Below the pieces are notes generated by a model. It saw only the letters and a program-made list of their open reading frames with translations, had not been told where the DNA came from and searched no databases. A DNA stretch of 64,000 nucleotides from positions 3,038,001 to 3,102,000 of the forward strand of contig OX337238.1 in NCBI GenBank assembly GCA_946965045.2. Direction: 5' to 3'. A program made the position numbers and the translations under genes. Positions 48,968 through 59,890 of this stretch are shown here, piece by piece (position 1 is the first letter of the stretch; each line of letters begins with the position of its first letter). Source of the stretch: Epithemia pelagica. Taxonomy: Eukaryota; Protista; Bacillariophyta.

Positions 48968-50902
48968 CTAGATTGCATTTGCTGACTTCGATAGTCTTTG
49001 TCTCTTGATGTGCGTGTTCCCCTGTTTCCGCAGATCTGGCTGCTTTCTGACCCGTGTGTTCCCAGTGGCAGGCAAGGGTATGTTTTGGTTTTTGAGACGG
49101 ATGGTGTAATGATGTCCTTCGATCGTTTTTCCAACCCTTCCGTTTTCAATTTGAACGCAGAGATTGTTCCAATGTTCTTCGTTGGAAGCGGCTGTTGGAG
49201 CAAAGAGACGCATCACATGCCCGAGAGAGTACCAATCATGGATAGGCTTTGGCTTAAGAAGCTCATTCGGAGTAGTTTCGGTAGCTTTTCTTATAAAGCC
49301 CTCAACATCAGGATGGCGCTTGCCATCTAAAGTCAGCGGCTGAAGTGTGGTTGGGTAATATTCAGCCCCGACAAAATCAAAGTCAAGCACTTCTCCGGAG
49401 CTTAGCAGGTTGGCAAGGCGAATGTCTCCGTGAGGGCCGTGCAGATTGTGAAGACTCCGAAGCTTGCCAATGATGTCCCTGAAGCAGAACCAACTCAAAC
49501 CTTCTTGCTTCCAGTCGCTTTTTACCAGCTTCATTTTGATGATATCGATTTTTCCGTCTGCGGATGATAACAGTTCCGCATTTTCGTCGAAGATATTCTG
49601 CACCACCTCAATGTTCGGTTTCCGAGTTTTGTCATTGTCGTAGACTTTGTAAACAGAATCATCAATGGTACCAACGACAGGACCAAGGCGGCTACCGTAA
49701 TCCTTCAGAGCTTGAGGAAAGCTTTTCTTCGCTTCCAAGAGACCGTACGCAACAAGCACAATCGCTTCAGGCCCTTTTCCCGAGTACAGAGGCGTTTTCT
49801 CCCATACATGTTCTTTCTCGGAAAACTCCGCTGGAACGAGTCCTCTTGCAGAGACCACCCACTGTTCGAGGTCGTCCGCTCCAGCAATATCAATGACTAT
49901 GCATGGTTTTTGGTGTAGAATGAGAATGTTGCTCCCATACATGTCCGCTTGAGCTTCGCGCTCTTTTTGGTCGGTGTTGCTTGGTTTATATTCGCAAGCA
50001 GCAAGGACGCACGCCCCCAAGGCAGAATCCTTGTGGACGAACCAGGCGCAGATATCGATTTGATCCACTGCCTTTTTCTCTTCTTTACTAGAAGCCCTCG
50101 CTTCACCGGTGGAATCTCGTTTCTTCTGTTCCTTCCGAATGATTTTGAATGGTTGGGAACCATCATTCGTTTTGAGATCAGTCACAAGATGTTGTTGGTG
50201 TGTCACTCTTAGAATACTGTTCTCAGGTGCGGTTGCCCCTTGATGCTCGGATTGGCTCCGCAACTGCAACATATCGATGGCCAGCTGCAACAGTTCAGAT
50301 CCTACCGCTGATTGCGGCGCCTCCTCATCAAGGTATCCAGAGTTGAACAGAGAATGGTCTACTCTATAACTTTCCTTCAGGACGTTTCCTAGACCCCGGA
50401 CGGCTTTCACCACCTCACTCTTATTTCCCAAAGTCTTTCCTTTAAATTCCCCAGCGGCAAGAACGAATTCAAGATAAAACTTTTGGGCGATGAATCCACC
50501 TCGGCAAGGCTCGTCCGCCACTTGATGAAATCGAAATTTCTTTCGTAGAATGAAGTCTTTCGACACCGCGGAAGGACCCAAGACTAAATACTGCGTCTTC
50601 TCCTCCTTCTCACTTTCCACTCGATCAGCCTCCAACTGCTGGATTTTATTTTGCTGCTCTTGGATTACTTTCGCCTTCTCCTCCAAAGCTTTCGCCTTCT
50701 CCTCCAAAGCTTTCGCCTTCTCCTCCAAAGCTTTCGCCGTCTTTACCAAAGGTTCCCATTCATCATCGCCAACCTTGACCCTCGCGGCCATACTCTCGAG
50801 AAACTCCCAATCCTTGTCCGAAACTTCAACCTTCGCCATCCTCTCAAATGCTTCCTTGGTCCATGGAGGGTCAGGAGCGGAAGAGCCTTCATCTGTCGCC
50901 AT
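48968..50902 (-). CDS. Crinkler-like protein: coiled coil + PD-(D/E)xK restriction-endonuclease-like domain + kinase-like domain (644 aa)
   Basis: DQIDICAW...AACEYKP...EAQADMY fits a REase D..ExK..Q pattern. HGDIRLANLL and VLDFDF fit kinase catalytic-loop and DFG-equivalent motifs. Confidence 0.7.
   Translation of the reverse strand: MATDEGSSAPDPPWTKEAFERMAKVEVSDKDWEFLESMAARVKVGDDEWEPLVKTAKALEEKAKALEEKAKALEEKAKVIQEQQNKIQQLEADRVESEKEEKTQYLVLGPSAVSKDFILRKKFRFHQVADEPCRGGFIAQKFYLEFVLAAGEFKGKTLGNKSEVVKAVRGLGNVLKESYRVDHSLFNSGYLDEEAPQSAVGSELLQLAIDMLQLRSQSEHQGATAPENSILRVTHQQHLVTDLKTNDGSQPFKIIRKEQKKRDSTGEARASSKEEKKAVDQIDICAWFVHKDSALGACVLAACEYKPSNTDQKEREAQADMYGSNILILHQKPCIVIDIAGADDLEQWVVSARGLVPAEFSEKEHVWEKTPLYSGKGPEAIVLVAYGLLEAKKSFPQALKDYGSRLGPVVGTIDDSVYKVYDNDKTRKPNIEVVQNIFDENAELLSSADGKIDIIKMKLVKSDWKQEGLSWFCFRDIIGKLRSLHNLHGPHGDIRLANLLSSGEVLDFDFVGAEYYPTTLQPLTLDGKRHPDVEGFIRKATETTPNELLKPKPIHDWYSLGHVMRLFAPTAASNEEHWNNLCVQIENGRVGKTIEGHHYTIRLKNQNIPLPATGNTRVRKQPDLRKQGNTHIKRQRLSKSANAI
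50668..50738. repeat. 21-bp coding tandem repeat (3.4 copies, KALEEKA heptad)
   Basis: ctttcgccttctcctccaaag at 50668, 50689 and 50710, plus a partial copy. Confidence 0.95.
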
Positions 50903-51429
50903 CGTCTGTCTTTAAGAGAGGATGTTTTTTTTTCGACAGAGCTCGCGACTTTTCGGTGAAAGCTGTCGCGGATACATTTTTAGCGATCCGACGAGCCACA
51001 ACCACAATAGATCAATGCACAATCTCAGACTTTCAAGTAAAATGCCTTCTCAATGCGCGACAAACGTGCTCGACACGTGTAACCTTTTACGCTATCGTTG
51101 GAGCATACCCACAATAACCGCGACCTTCATCCACTTTGCTTTCATAAGTTCATCAACAACCCGAAGAACATGCGCTCCAAAGCTCTTGAAAATGAAAATG
51201 ACTATCGTTCCCGTAGAATTGTTAGATTGAGAAACCGACAAGTCGAATCTGGAGTTGGCATGGGGTGGTGTTTGCTGACCGTGTTACTTGGATGATCCAA
51301 TGTGTTGGAAGGCAAGTACCGTGGAAGAAGAAGCAGCCCTTTCTGAAATGGTCTTTCTTTCAAGTGAATCTGAAACTCCAGCATGGAATTCGTTTTAACT
51401 ACCACAAGCTGGATGATCCTTGTCGCAAT

Positions 51430-52450
51430 CACCGCTCCAAACAAGGACCCAACGACCCAGTCTCCTTCTTGTGCTTTTGCTTTGCAAGGTGCGATCCTTC
51501 TTCTTGTGTTGTACCGACTGCTAGAAACGAAACCGAACCAACAAATCCTCCGCATACCGCGAACCATGTTGGTTGGGACTGAGTTGCACTCTCGACGACG
51601 TCCCACGGGTCGGCCCCCAACTGTCCAGTGGACTAAAAGATCGTGCTGGTCTAAAATACCATGTAGTAGTAGTTTGGATGGTTGGTTCTTCCACACACCA
51701 TACGAGTTTGGAGGAAGGAAGGAACCAACAACAACGAGACCCGGTCTGTTCCAAAGGGACTATGGACCAACGTAATGGTCCAACATGTTGTCGGGAGGAG
51801 GAATACCATGGGTGAGTTCCACATTGAGAACTCAACACAGAGTTTCGGAGGAAAAAGAGATCCATCCAAAACCAGAAACAGCAACAATAACCCCGAGACA
51901 CGTGTGTTCGTTCCATACACAAGAGTTCGACCACACACACGTTTCCCAACCAAACCAGTGCTGTTGCTTTTCTGGGGGGAGGATGAAACACGTGCGAGTT
52001 TGTCATTGGTTGGGAGCCAGGAATCCAAGAAACCAAACCGAGAGACACAAATAATACTCCACAGAGTTTCCTTGTTGTCGTCGTCGTCGTCTCGTTGTTG
52101 TCACTGTCGAGATCCTTGCCGCCGCCACCACCGCGCCATGAACCCAACGACCCAGTCCTTCATTTCCCCTGCTGCTGCTTTTGGAATGGTGCAGTCCTTG
52201 TTGGTTTTGATACCGACTGTGGGTGCTAGGTGAAAACAACGAACCATCATGCCGCGAACCATTCTCTTGTCCGGTACAGTCTTGTACTCTCGATCGAGTC
52301 CTACGGGTCGGTCCGAACCACACCAATTCCTCCACGCAGAAAGAAATTCCCGCTGTGTGTCCTTTTTTCAGGGGAACAAAGGCGATACCAACCTTGTATG
52401 CCGCGTAGGTGGTACACGGGGAACTGGAGAACAACCAAGGAGGAGCAGCG
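51430..52450. repeat. Degenerate tandem duplication, possibly decayed gene copies on the minus strand
   Basis: acccaacgacccagtc near 51447 and 52141; tgcactctcgacgacgtcccacgggtcgg versus tgtactctcgatcgagtcctacgggtcgg. The homologous frame (DPWDVVES / DP*DSIES) has stops. Confidence 0.5.
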
Positions 52451-52904
52451 GGTCCATTGGTTCCACAGTTTGCCGGTATTTGTTGTTTGGGCGATTCGAT
52501 CGACAAACGTTTCGATACCGTTGGATTCGTGGTGGTTGTGTCTCCTGTTTCCGAATCCAATTCTCTAAATCCGCGAATGCCCGGAGCACGAATTGGTGGT
52601 GGTGGTACTGCCAATAGCGCAGTGTGTTGTTGGTCTATCTATTATATATTATGAACCCAATGGCGCACAGTCGTTGTTGCCAGTTTCTTCAGGATTGTGG
52701 GGTGCGCTGTGTGCGTGCAGGGTTCATGGTCGTCTTGGTTTTCTGGAACAAGTACCTTGGCCGAATCCATTCTCCACCAGAGTGCCTGAGTGAAGGACGT
52801 GTTGGAGGAACGCTCCACCATGGGGTAGCAAAAAGTTAGCAAGGCCGTTCCCACAGACTCTTGCAGTCGTGTTGCACAAACATGAATTGCGCGGTGGTGT
52901 TGAA

Positions 52905-53580
52905 CAGTCGTCCCAGAGTGTCATTCCCACTTGCACTGAATAATCAACCATCTCTCTTGGCTTTGTTCCCTGTCGCGATGCTGCTGACCGAATGGTCAGT
53001 GGCGACCAATATTGTTCTTTGTTGTCATTGTAATCATGGCATTTATCTTGGTGTCATCTCTTGCACGGCTGTTCCCTTGTTTTCTCCGAGGAGACTGCTG
53101 TTTCCTTGTTTTGTGTTCGTCAGTTATTTAAGTATGTCACTCATCACAGCAATTCACAACACTGGATTGCAATGGTTCCTTTGGCAGCAGCTAAATTCCG
53201 AATCCTGTGCCGTTGTATCCGACATCAACTCTTTCCTTTTCTTACTCATGCCGAACTGGCGAATCACCAGTGCCAAAGCTCCAATCTTTCTGATACAATG
53301 AATTGTCAAGGTACTTTGCCGTAACGCATACGTTCCTACGAGAAAATATAACATGCCATGGTGTCGAGAAAGTCTCTGATAGAAAGATACGATGCGGGTC
53401 GACGGACGGACGAAAGATCCAATGGGACTGGGCTTTCACGGGACTTCCGTGCGATCTCCACTTCCCGCGATCCCAACGCGACCAGAAAAGATCCAAAGTC
53501 CAAAAAGCGTATCTTTTTCTCTTCGGTTGCTCTTGCAAGGAGTCCACAATCCCATGCCCGTTATTGATTGTGGGCATTGT
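52905..53580 (+). repeat. Upstream block type B of the Kelch array (second copy about 57588-58253; partial copy about 59890-59990)
   Basis: agagtgtcattcccact at about 52917 and 57597; ggagt(c/g)cacaatcccatg(c/t)cc in three places. Confidence 0.8.
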
Positions 53581-54971
53581 ATGAATCAGCAATATAAAAT
53601 GTGTCGGGTATATCCTCATTCTGGTCGTTCCTTGGTGCTTGGTAGCAACGTTCTTCCTCGCCAGATGATTTGGTCACTGACGCTGCTGCTCGGATGGTTT
53701 GTCGTGGCAAAAGCAAGAACTATGCAACAGAACGCTACCTTATCGGGCCTAGTGTTCGCCAACATGGCAGACGGCGAAGAGCCACGATGGAATGATCAAG
53801 AAATACCTCCTGTTCTTGTTGACAATTGGTCGGTTGCCTGGCATGCATCAGTGGTCGTTGAGGATCCAGACAATGAAGACGAACAAACCATTGTTGTTTT
53901 GGGAGGATGGACAATGGCAATGTCATCGTCTGATTTGGCGCTTTTATGGAATGTTGGCAGCGATACCAAAGAATGGCGACAGGGACCAAAGATGAATCAA
54001 GGTAGAAAGTATCTTACCGCTGTGGTATGCAATGGTTGGGTTTATGCCATTTCAGGGAGTGACGACGTCTCATATACTGTTACGAATGAACGAATTCGCG
54101 TTTCTGACTTGCTGGCAACGCCATTGGAAAAGAAAGGAAAGAATTGGACGACACTTGATATTCGATTGACAAAAGACAGATATATGTCGGCGGCAGCGGT
54201 TGTTCACGATCGATACATTGTCGTCGCTGGAGGATACAACAGAGTTGAATATTGTTTAACAACGGTTGATATTATTGACACGGCGGCAGAAGGCGGACCT
54301 GTTGTCTTTCAGGGGCCAGATCTGAACATTGAACGATGAAGTCCTGGAATCGCGGTGATTGGGAACCGTGTCTTTGTCGTTGGAGGCGCCCACGAAACAA
54401 GTTTATCCTCGGTGGAGTATTTGGAGTTTAGTTCTGCGACCGAGAGCAATAGAGATGTCATCTTTGCCTCTTCGTGGGTATTGGACAAGAAACTTTCTCT
54501 TGTGGAAAGGCGGCTTGGACACGCCGTTTTAGGTTTGGGTACCGGTCTTGTTGTGGGAGGAGGGCACCCCGGATCAACTTTTTCCGACGAGTTTAACTCA
54601 GTCAAAGTGATTGACACTGAAGCCAGTGTGGTTTGGAACCTACCAAATATGACCATAGCACGATCCGGGTTCAGCATGGTGGCAACTTCAAACGGTATTG
54701 TTGTGATTGGCGGAATCGGGGGTGAGACACTTCCACTCCTCACCAAGAAACAACAACTCAAGGTATGATATCAGCACACATGACTGGCAGTGAATCTTTG
54801 TTATTTGGAAATTTCCTCATTCCTGTCTTTATTATATGAACATATCCTCATCTGCTGTGATCTCAATCTTCGATGCTACAGAACATGCAAAAGAAATTGG
54901 AGAAGCTCGGGGCAGCAAATGAACGTGCCGAAAGTGAAGGACTGGTTTGTGACAAAGAATCAGAAAATTGA
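53581..54971 (+). pseudogene. Kelch gene K5 with in-frame TGA and a short exon 2
   Basis: TGA at 54337-54339 where K6 has TGG; the frame continues after it. Intron 54763-54881; exon 2 reads NMQKKLEKL...ESEN*. Confidence 0.8.
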
Positions 54972-55324
54972 GAGTAAAAAAAGAAATGCAGCAATACAGG
55001 GGCGAAAGAACGCTTCGCCTCTTATTTTGCCGTCCATAACCACTAATACATGACAAAGCGAAAAGATGCACCATAGTCCTTCTCAGGGAAGCCAGATCAC
55101 GTATCTCCAGGTGTTGTGAAAGTTTTCAGTGATTATTGTCTTGAACAAATGCACGAGACTCTGGTTCTCGGTGTTGCCACCGCATAATAGGCTCCAACAT
55201 TGTAGTCGCGGGAGTGGTTGCCGGTCCTTGATCTTTGCTTTTCTGACGTTGGTTGCACATCTGGAGGCACCGTCAAGAAACGAGATCCTCCACCATTCAC
55301 CAATGACGCGTGTTCCTCGAAACT

Positions 55325-55382
55325 TCTGATGAATGAATGGCCAAAACAGGACCAGCAGTGTTCCCGTCAAAACTTGATCTGT
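55325..55382 (+). promoter_or_regulatory. Conserved upstream motif A (TCTGATGAATGAATGGCC...TTCCCGTCAAAACTTGATCTGT), one of five copies
   Basis: Other copies at about 58788, 59051, 62019 and 62295, all upstream of K6, K8 or K9. A regulatory role is inferred only. Confidence 0.45.
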
Positions 55383-55525
55383 TATGTATCGCTCGAACTT
55401 CACTGCACAACTTTCACCGAAAAGTCTCATTTGGGTCGGTATGATACAGTTTCCAGTTTCCGCAATCTCATAAAGCCTGAAGGATCAGATTGGACTTGAT
55501 TGAAACTGTTGTTGGGCTTTCTACA

Positions 55526-57491
55526 ATGGCGCGTTCCTCTCGTTCGCATCGATCCTTGTCGCTGCACACAGTTGTTCCCTTGCAGTGGTTGCGGTCCCTG
55601 GTGTTGCTCTTTGGCTTGCTTGTTGTGGCACAAGCAAGTACGGTGAAAGACGACGCAACCTTGTCGGGCCTTGTCTTCACCAACTTGGCAGAGAACGATA
55701 AGCCGCAATGGAATGATCAAGAAATTCCTCCGCTTCTGGGTGGATGGCGAGACAATCATGCGTCGGAAGTAGTTGAGATTCCGGGAAATGAAGAGGAGCA
55801 ATCGATTGTGGTTTTGGGAGGATGGATAGAAGTTAACCCTTCTACAGACTCCGTTATCTTGTTGAATGTTGGGAAAGGGACTAAAGAATGGCGAGAGGGA
55901 CCAACACTGAACGAAAAGAGGCATGGACATGCAGCTGTCGTCTGCAATGGTTTGGTATTTGCCATTGGAGGATCGAATGGCGACTCCTATTACTTGGATA
56001 CAATTGAATACATTCGTGTTTCGGATTTGCTGGAAATGCCATTAGGAAGCCAACGACAGAATTGGGTGACACTTGATGGTCGATTGTCCTCAAAAAGACA
56101 TGCATTGGCTGTGGCTGTCGTTCGGAATCGGTACATTGTCATTGCTGGAGGAAAGCCTCCTTGTGATTCTTTGTCGACGGTTGAAATTATTGACACGGAA
56201 GCAGAACGTGGACCAGCTATCATTTCAGGGCCATCGCTAAACAATGCGCGATGGAAACATGGAATCGCGGTAATTGGAAATCGTGTCTACGTCGTTGGAG
56301 GCTACAGCGCTGCAAACACGGGCTCGGTTGAATATTTGGAGTTCAGCACAAATGAGATCAAAAGCGACGTCACTTTCTCGCACTCTTGGATCGTTGACCA
56401 GACGTTTGTCGAGTCACGTAGAAACCACGCTGTATTGAGTTTGGGGTCAAGTCTTCTTGTGGCAGGAGGAACGGACCGTTCTGGCTGGTTGAAGTCGGTA
56501 CGAGTGCTGGACACCAAAGCGAGTGTTGCTTGGAACCTTCCAGCTACGACCACAACACGGTCTGAATGTTCCATGGTCGGAACATCCAATGGGATTGTTG
56601 TGATTGGCGGAAGCCAGCTGGACTCTTGCGCGACACTTCCACTTATCACAAAGAAACAACAACTCAAGGTATGACATACATTCACATGATCGCGAATCAA
56701 GTACTCTTGTGATTGCGAATCAAGTACTCTGACACTCATCCGATGGTGTGACCGTGTTACAGAACATGTACTCTTGCCGAGCCGAGCTTGATGAGGAAAT
56801 GGAGAAGATCGAGCATGCAATTCAACGGGCCAAGAGTGAATACGTGGATGTAGAAGTATTGAACGAGGGTGTCAATGCTAAGAAACTACTTCCATTTTTA
56901 CAGTGTCTTTGTGATGAACCGAAATTTCGCACAGTGCAAGACCTTCAACAAGAAATTGAAAAGCTCAATGTTACTGTGAATAACATGGATGAGTTTCAAG
57001 ACAGGCTCCCCATTGCTCAACGAATCAACAAGTTGCAGTCTCTTGTTGCGTTGAACGAAGACAAGGCCAAGAACATGGACGCTGTTGCTCCGGCTATCTC
57101 GGCAACAAATGACAAGAACATGGATGTCGGTTTCCCGGCTATCACGGCGACAAATGACATGAATGTGGATGCCGGTGCTTCGACCATCTCGGCAACAAAT
57201 GAAAAGTACATGAATACCAGTGATCTGACTATTACGGCAACGAATGAAAAGAGTTTGGATGCCGGTAATGCGGCTTTCGTCGTATGGAATTGGATTGTGA
57301 TGTACCGCTTTTGGGTGGCGGTCGCAATCATTATAATTCTGCTCATGATGTTGGTTTGCATCATGTTAATTTGCGTCATGTTGGTTTTCGTAAACAAGCA
57401 ATCCTCTCCGAGTGAATGCAACGTTGTAGAAACGCGAGAGCAAGATAGTTTGGTTGCAAAGCATGTGACAGTTTCGTACGGAGCGGCATAG
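55526..57491 (+). CDS. Intact Kelch protein K6: signal-like leader + Kelch propeller + coiled coil + 15-aa repeat stalk + TM (623 aa)
   Basis: Exons 55526-56668 and 56763-57491 sum to 1872 nt with no internal stop. Leader WLRSLVLLFGLLVVAQA; TM FWVAVAIIIILLMMLVCIMLICVMLVFV. Confidence 0.87.
57069..57266. repeat. 45-bp coding tandem repeat (about 4.4 copies, NMDxxxxxISATNxK)
   Basis: Units start at 57069, 57114, 57159, 57204 and 57249. Confidence 0.85.
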
Positions 57492-58253
57492 CCATACGCC
57501 TGGAAAAAACTACTCCTACTCCTATGCAAGCTTCTTGGTAATAGGAAACAGTTAGCATGGCAGTTCCAATAGACTTTATGTTTCAGCAATCGTCCTAGAG
57601 TGTCATTCCCACTCGCACTTAATGATTAACCATCATGCTGCTGACCAGCCCTACCAAGTCAATGGCGACCATTGAAATGACGACATGTGTGTCTAGTGCC
57701 ATCTCTTCCACGGCTGTTCCTTTCTTTTCTCCCGGGAGTTCCTTGTTTCGTGGTTGATCACCATTTTAGTGCACCAATCACCACAGCAACTCACATCATT
57801 GGATTGCGATGGTTACTTTGGCAGCAACTAAATTCAGAATCCAGTGTCGACTGTCGACAGTACACATGTTTTGTCACGGTGTATTCGACATCAACTCAGT
57901 GCAATGCCAAAATGGCGAATCACCTGTGCAAAAGCCGCAATCTTTCTGGTACAATGTAAAGTAGTCTTGTTGTTAAGGTACTTTGTCGTGACGCAATTCA
58001 TTCCGACGTGGTCGTCGTGATGTCTCTTGCAGAAGATATGAAGCGTGTCGACGGATGGACCAAAGATCTAACGGGACTGAGTTTTCACGGGACTTTGATC
58101 AAGGTATCTCCGTTACCCGCTATCAAAAAGCGACCAGAAGAAGATCCAAAGAAGAAAAAATGGCGTATCTTTTTCTCGCTGTTGCAAGGAGTGCACAATC
58201 CCATGCCCATTGTAGATTGTAGTGCGCAATTGGATTGGTTGAGCGTGTTGTGT

Positions 58254-58492
58254 ATGAATCAGCAATATAAGATGGGTCGGGGAGCTCCTCATTGTGGTCG
58301 CTCCTTGTCGCTTCGTAGCAACGTTCTTCCTCGCCAGTGGCTTTGGTCCGTGGCTTTGCTGCTCGGATGGCGCAAGCAAGAACGATGCAAGAGAACGCCA
58401 TATTGTCGGGCCTTGTTTTCACCAGCTTGAACAATGACGAAGAGCCGCAATTGAATGATCAAGAAATTCCTCCGCTTCTGGGTGGATGGCGT
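58254..58492 (+). pseudogene. Kelch 5' fragment K7 (frameshifted, truncated after LLGGWR)
   Basis: Start MNQQYKM matches K5; a small deletion after LLGW shifts the frame; similarity stops near 58492. Confidence 0.75.
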
Positions 58493-59234
58493 TGCAACAG
58501 GTGTCACTGTCGACCAACGACATCAGTTCCAGAATTCACGTCAAAATCGCAACAATACCATGAATGCTGGGTTGTACTCGCCTACCTTGTGGACATTCAA
58601 ATTATACGGGACCATCTGATGTTCTTGTTCCTTGCATTGCTTGCAACTGAAACTCTCGCCAGGACTGGCTTGTGCTGGACGGTGCATCTGCTTGCTTTTG
58701 CTGACTTTGCTTGGAAGATGGAAGCGTTTGGCATCAGTCAACAAACGAGATCTTTCTGTTCATTCGCCTCTGACGCATGTTCGTCACTCTGATGAATGAA
58801 TGAATGGCCAAAACGCTGTGAAGGGCCAGCGTTCTCCTCACAACTTGATCTGTTGATTGGTTCAATCATCGTACAATGGACCGATCGAAAATTTCTCCTG
58901 TGTGAATTCTCTTCTTGTACGTCAGGATTGTGTTCCTGGGAGGTGCACTTTCAACCATCTGCTTGCTGTTGCTTGCAAGATGGAACCATCTGGAAGCAAA
59001 CGATGTACATCTTGTTCTGTTCTCAATCACCTCTGGCGCATGTTCCTCACTCTGATGAATGAATGGCTTGAACTCGTTGAAGGGCCAGCAAGCGTTCCCG
59101 TCAAAAATTGATCTGTGGTTGATTCGTTCCCCGTGGAATGAGCCGCTCGAAAATGTCTCCTCTGTTTTTTTTTCGCCTATTTCTGTAGGTCTACAGTTAC
59201 AGCAACCTCATAAAACCCTGCGAGCATTTCGACA

Positions 59235-59890
59235 ATGACGCTTTTGTCTGTTTGGGATCGATACTTGTCGTCAAAAAAATTTCTTCTCCGTCAGTGGTGG
59301 TGGTCCGTGGCGCTGCTCTTTGGCTTGATTGTTGAAGCATAAGCAGGTACCGTTCAAGAGAACGCAACCTTGTCGGGCCTGGTCTTCGCCAACTTGGCAG
59401 ACGGCGAACAGCCTCAATGGAATAATGAAGAAATACCAATGCTTCCGCTCGGAAAGCGTTATGACCATGCAACGTTAGTCGTTGAGGATCAGGAAAATGG
59501 AGAGAAAGAATCTATTGTGGTTTTGGGAGGACGGGTACATTCTACATACTATCCAGGCTCTGAACCTGAACCCACCAATTTCGTGGCTTTGTTGAATGTT
59601 GGACAGAATACTAAGCAATGGCGTTATGGACCAGAAATGAACGAAAAGAGGTATAAACATGCCGCTGTGATATGCAATCGTTCTGTTTATGCCATTGGGG
59701 GAGCGAGTGGCAAATATAGTTGGGGGATAAAAACAAGAGGTTTGAATTCGATTGAATACATCCGAGCTGTAGACTTATTGGAAACTGCATTCGAAAGCAA
59801 ACAAAAGTCCTGGACGACACTTGATGTCGGAATGTCCACAAGCAGAGCTGGATTAGCAGCAGCTGTTGTCAACAATCGGTTCATTGTTCC
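59235..59890 (+). pseudogene. Kelch gene K8, with a nonsense codon and truncated in the third repeat
   Basis: TAA at 59340-59342 where K6 has CAA. Kelch similarity ends at VVNNRFIV, where a copy of upstream block B begins. Confidence 0.78.

Noticed and set aside
50668-50738. CRISPR-like repeat array
   Set aside because: Head-to-tail 21-bp repeats with no spacers, in frame in a coiled coil; the same applies to the 33-bp and 45-bp repeats.
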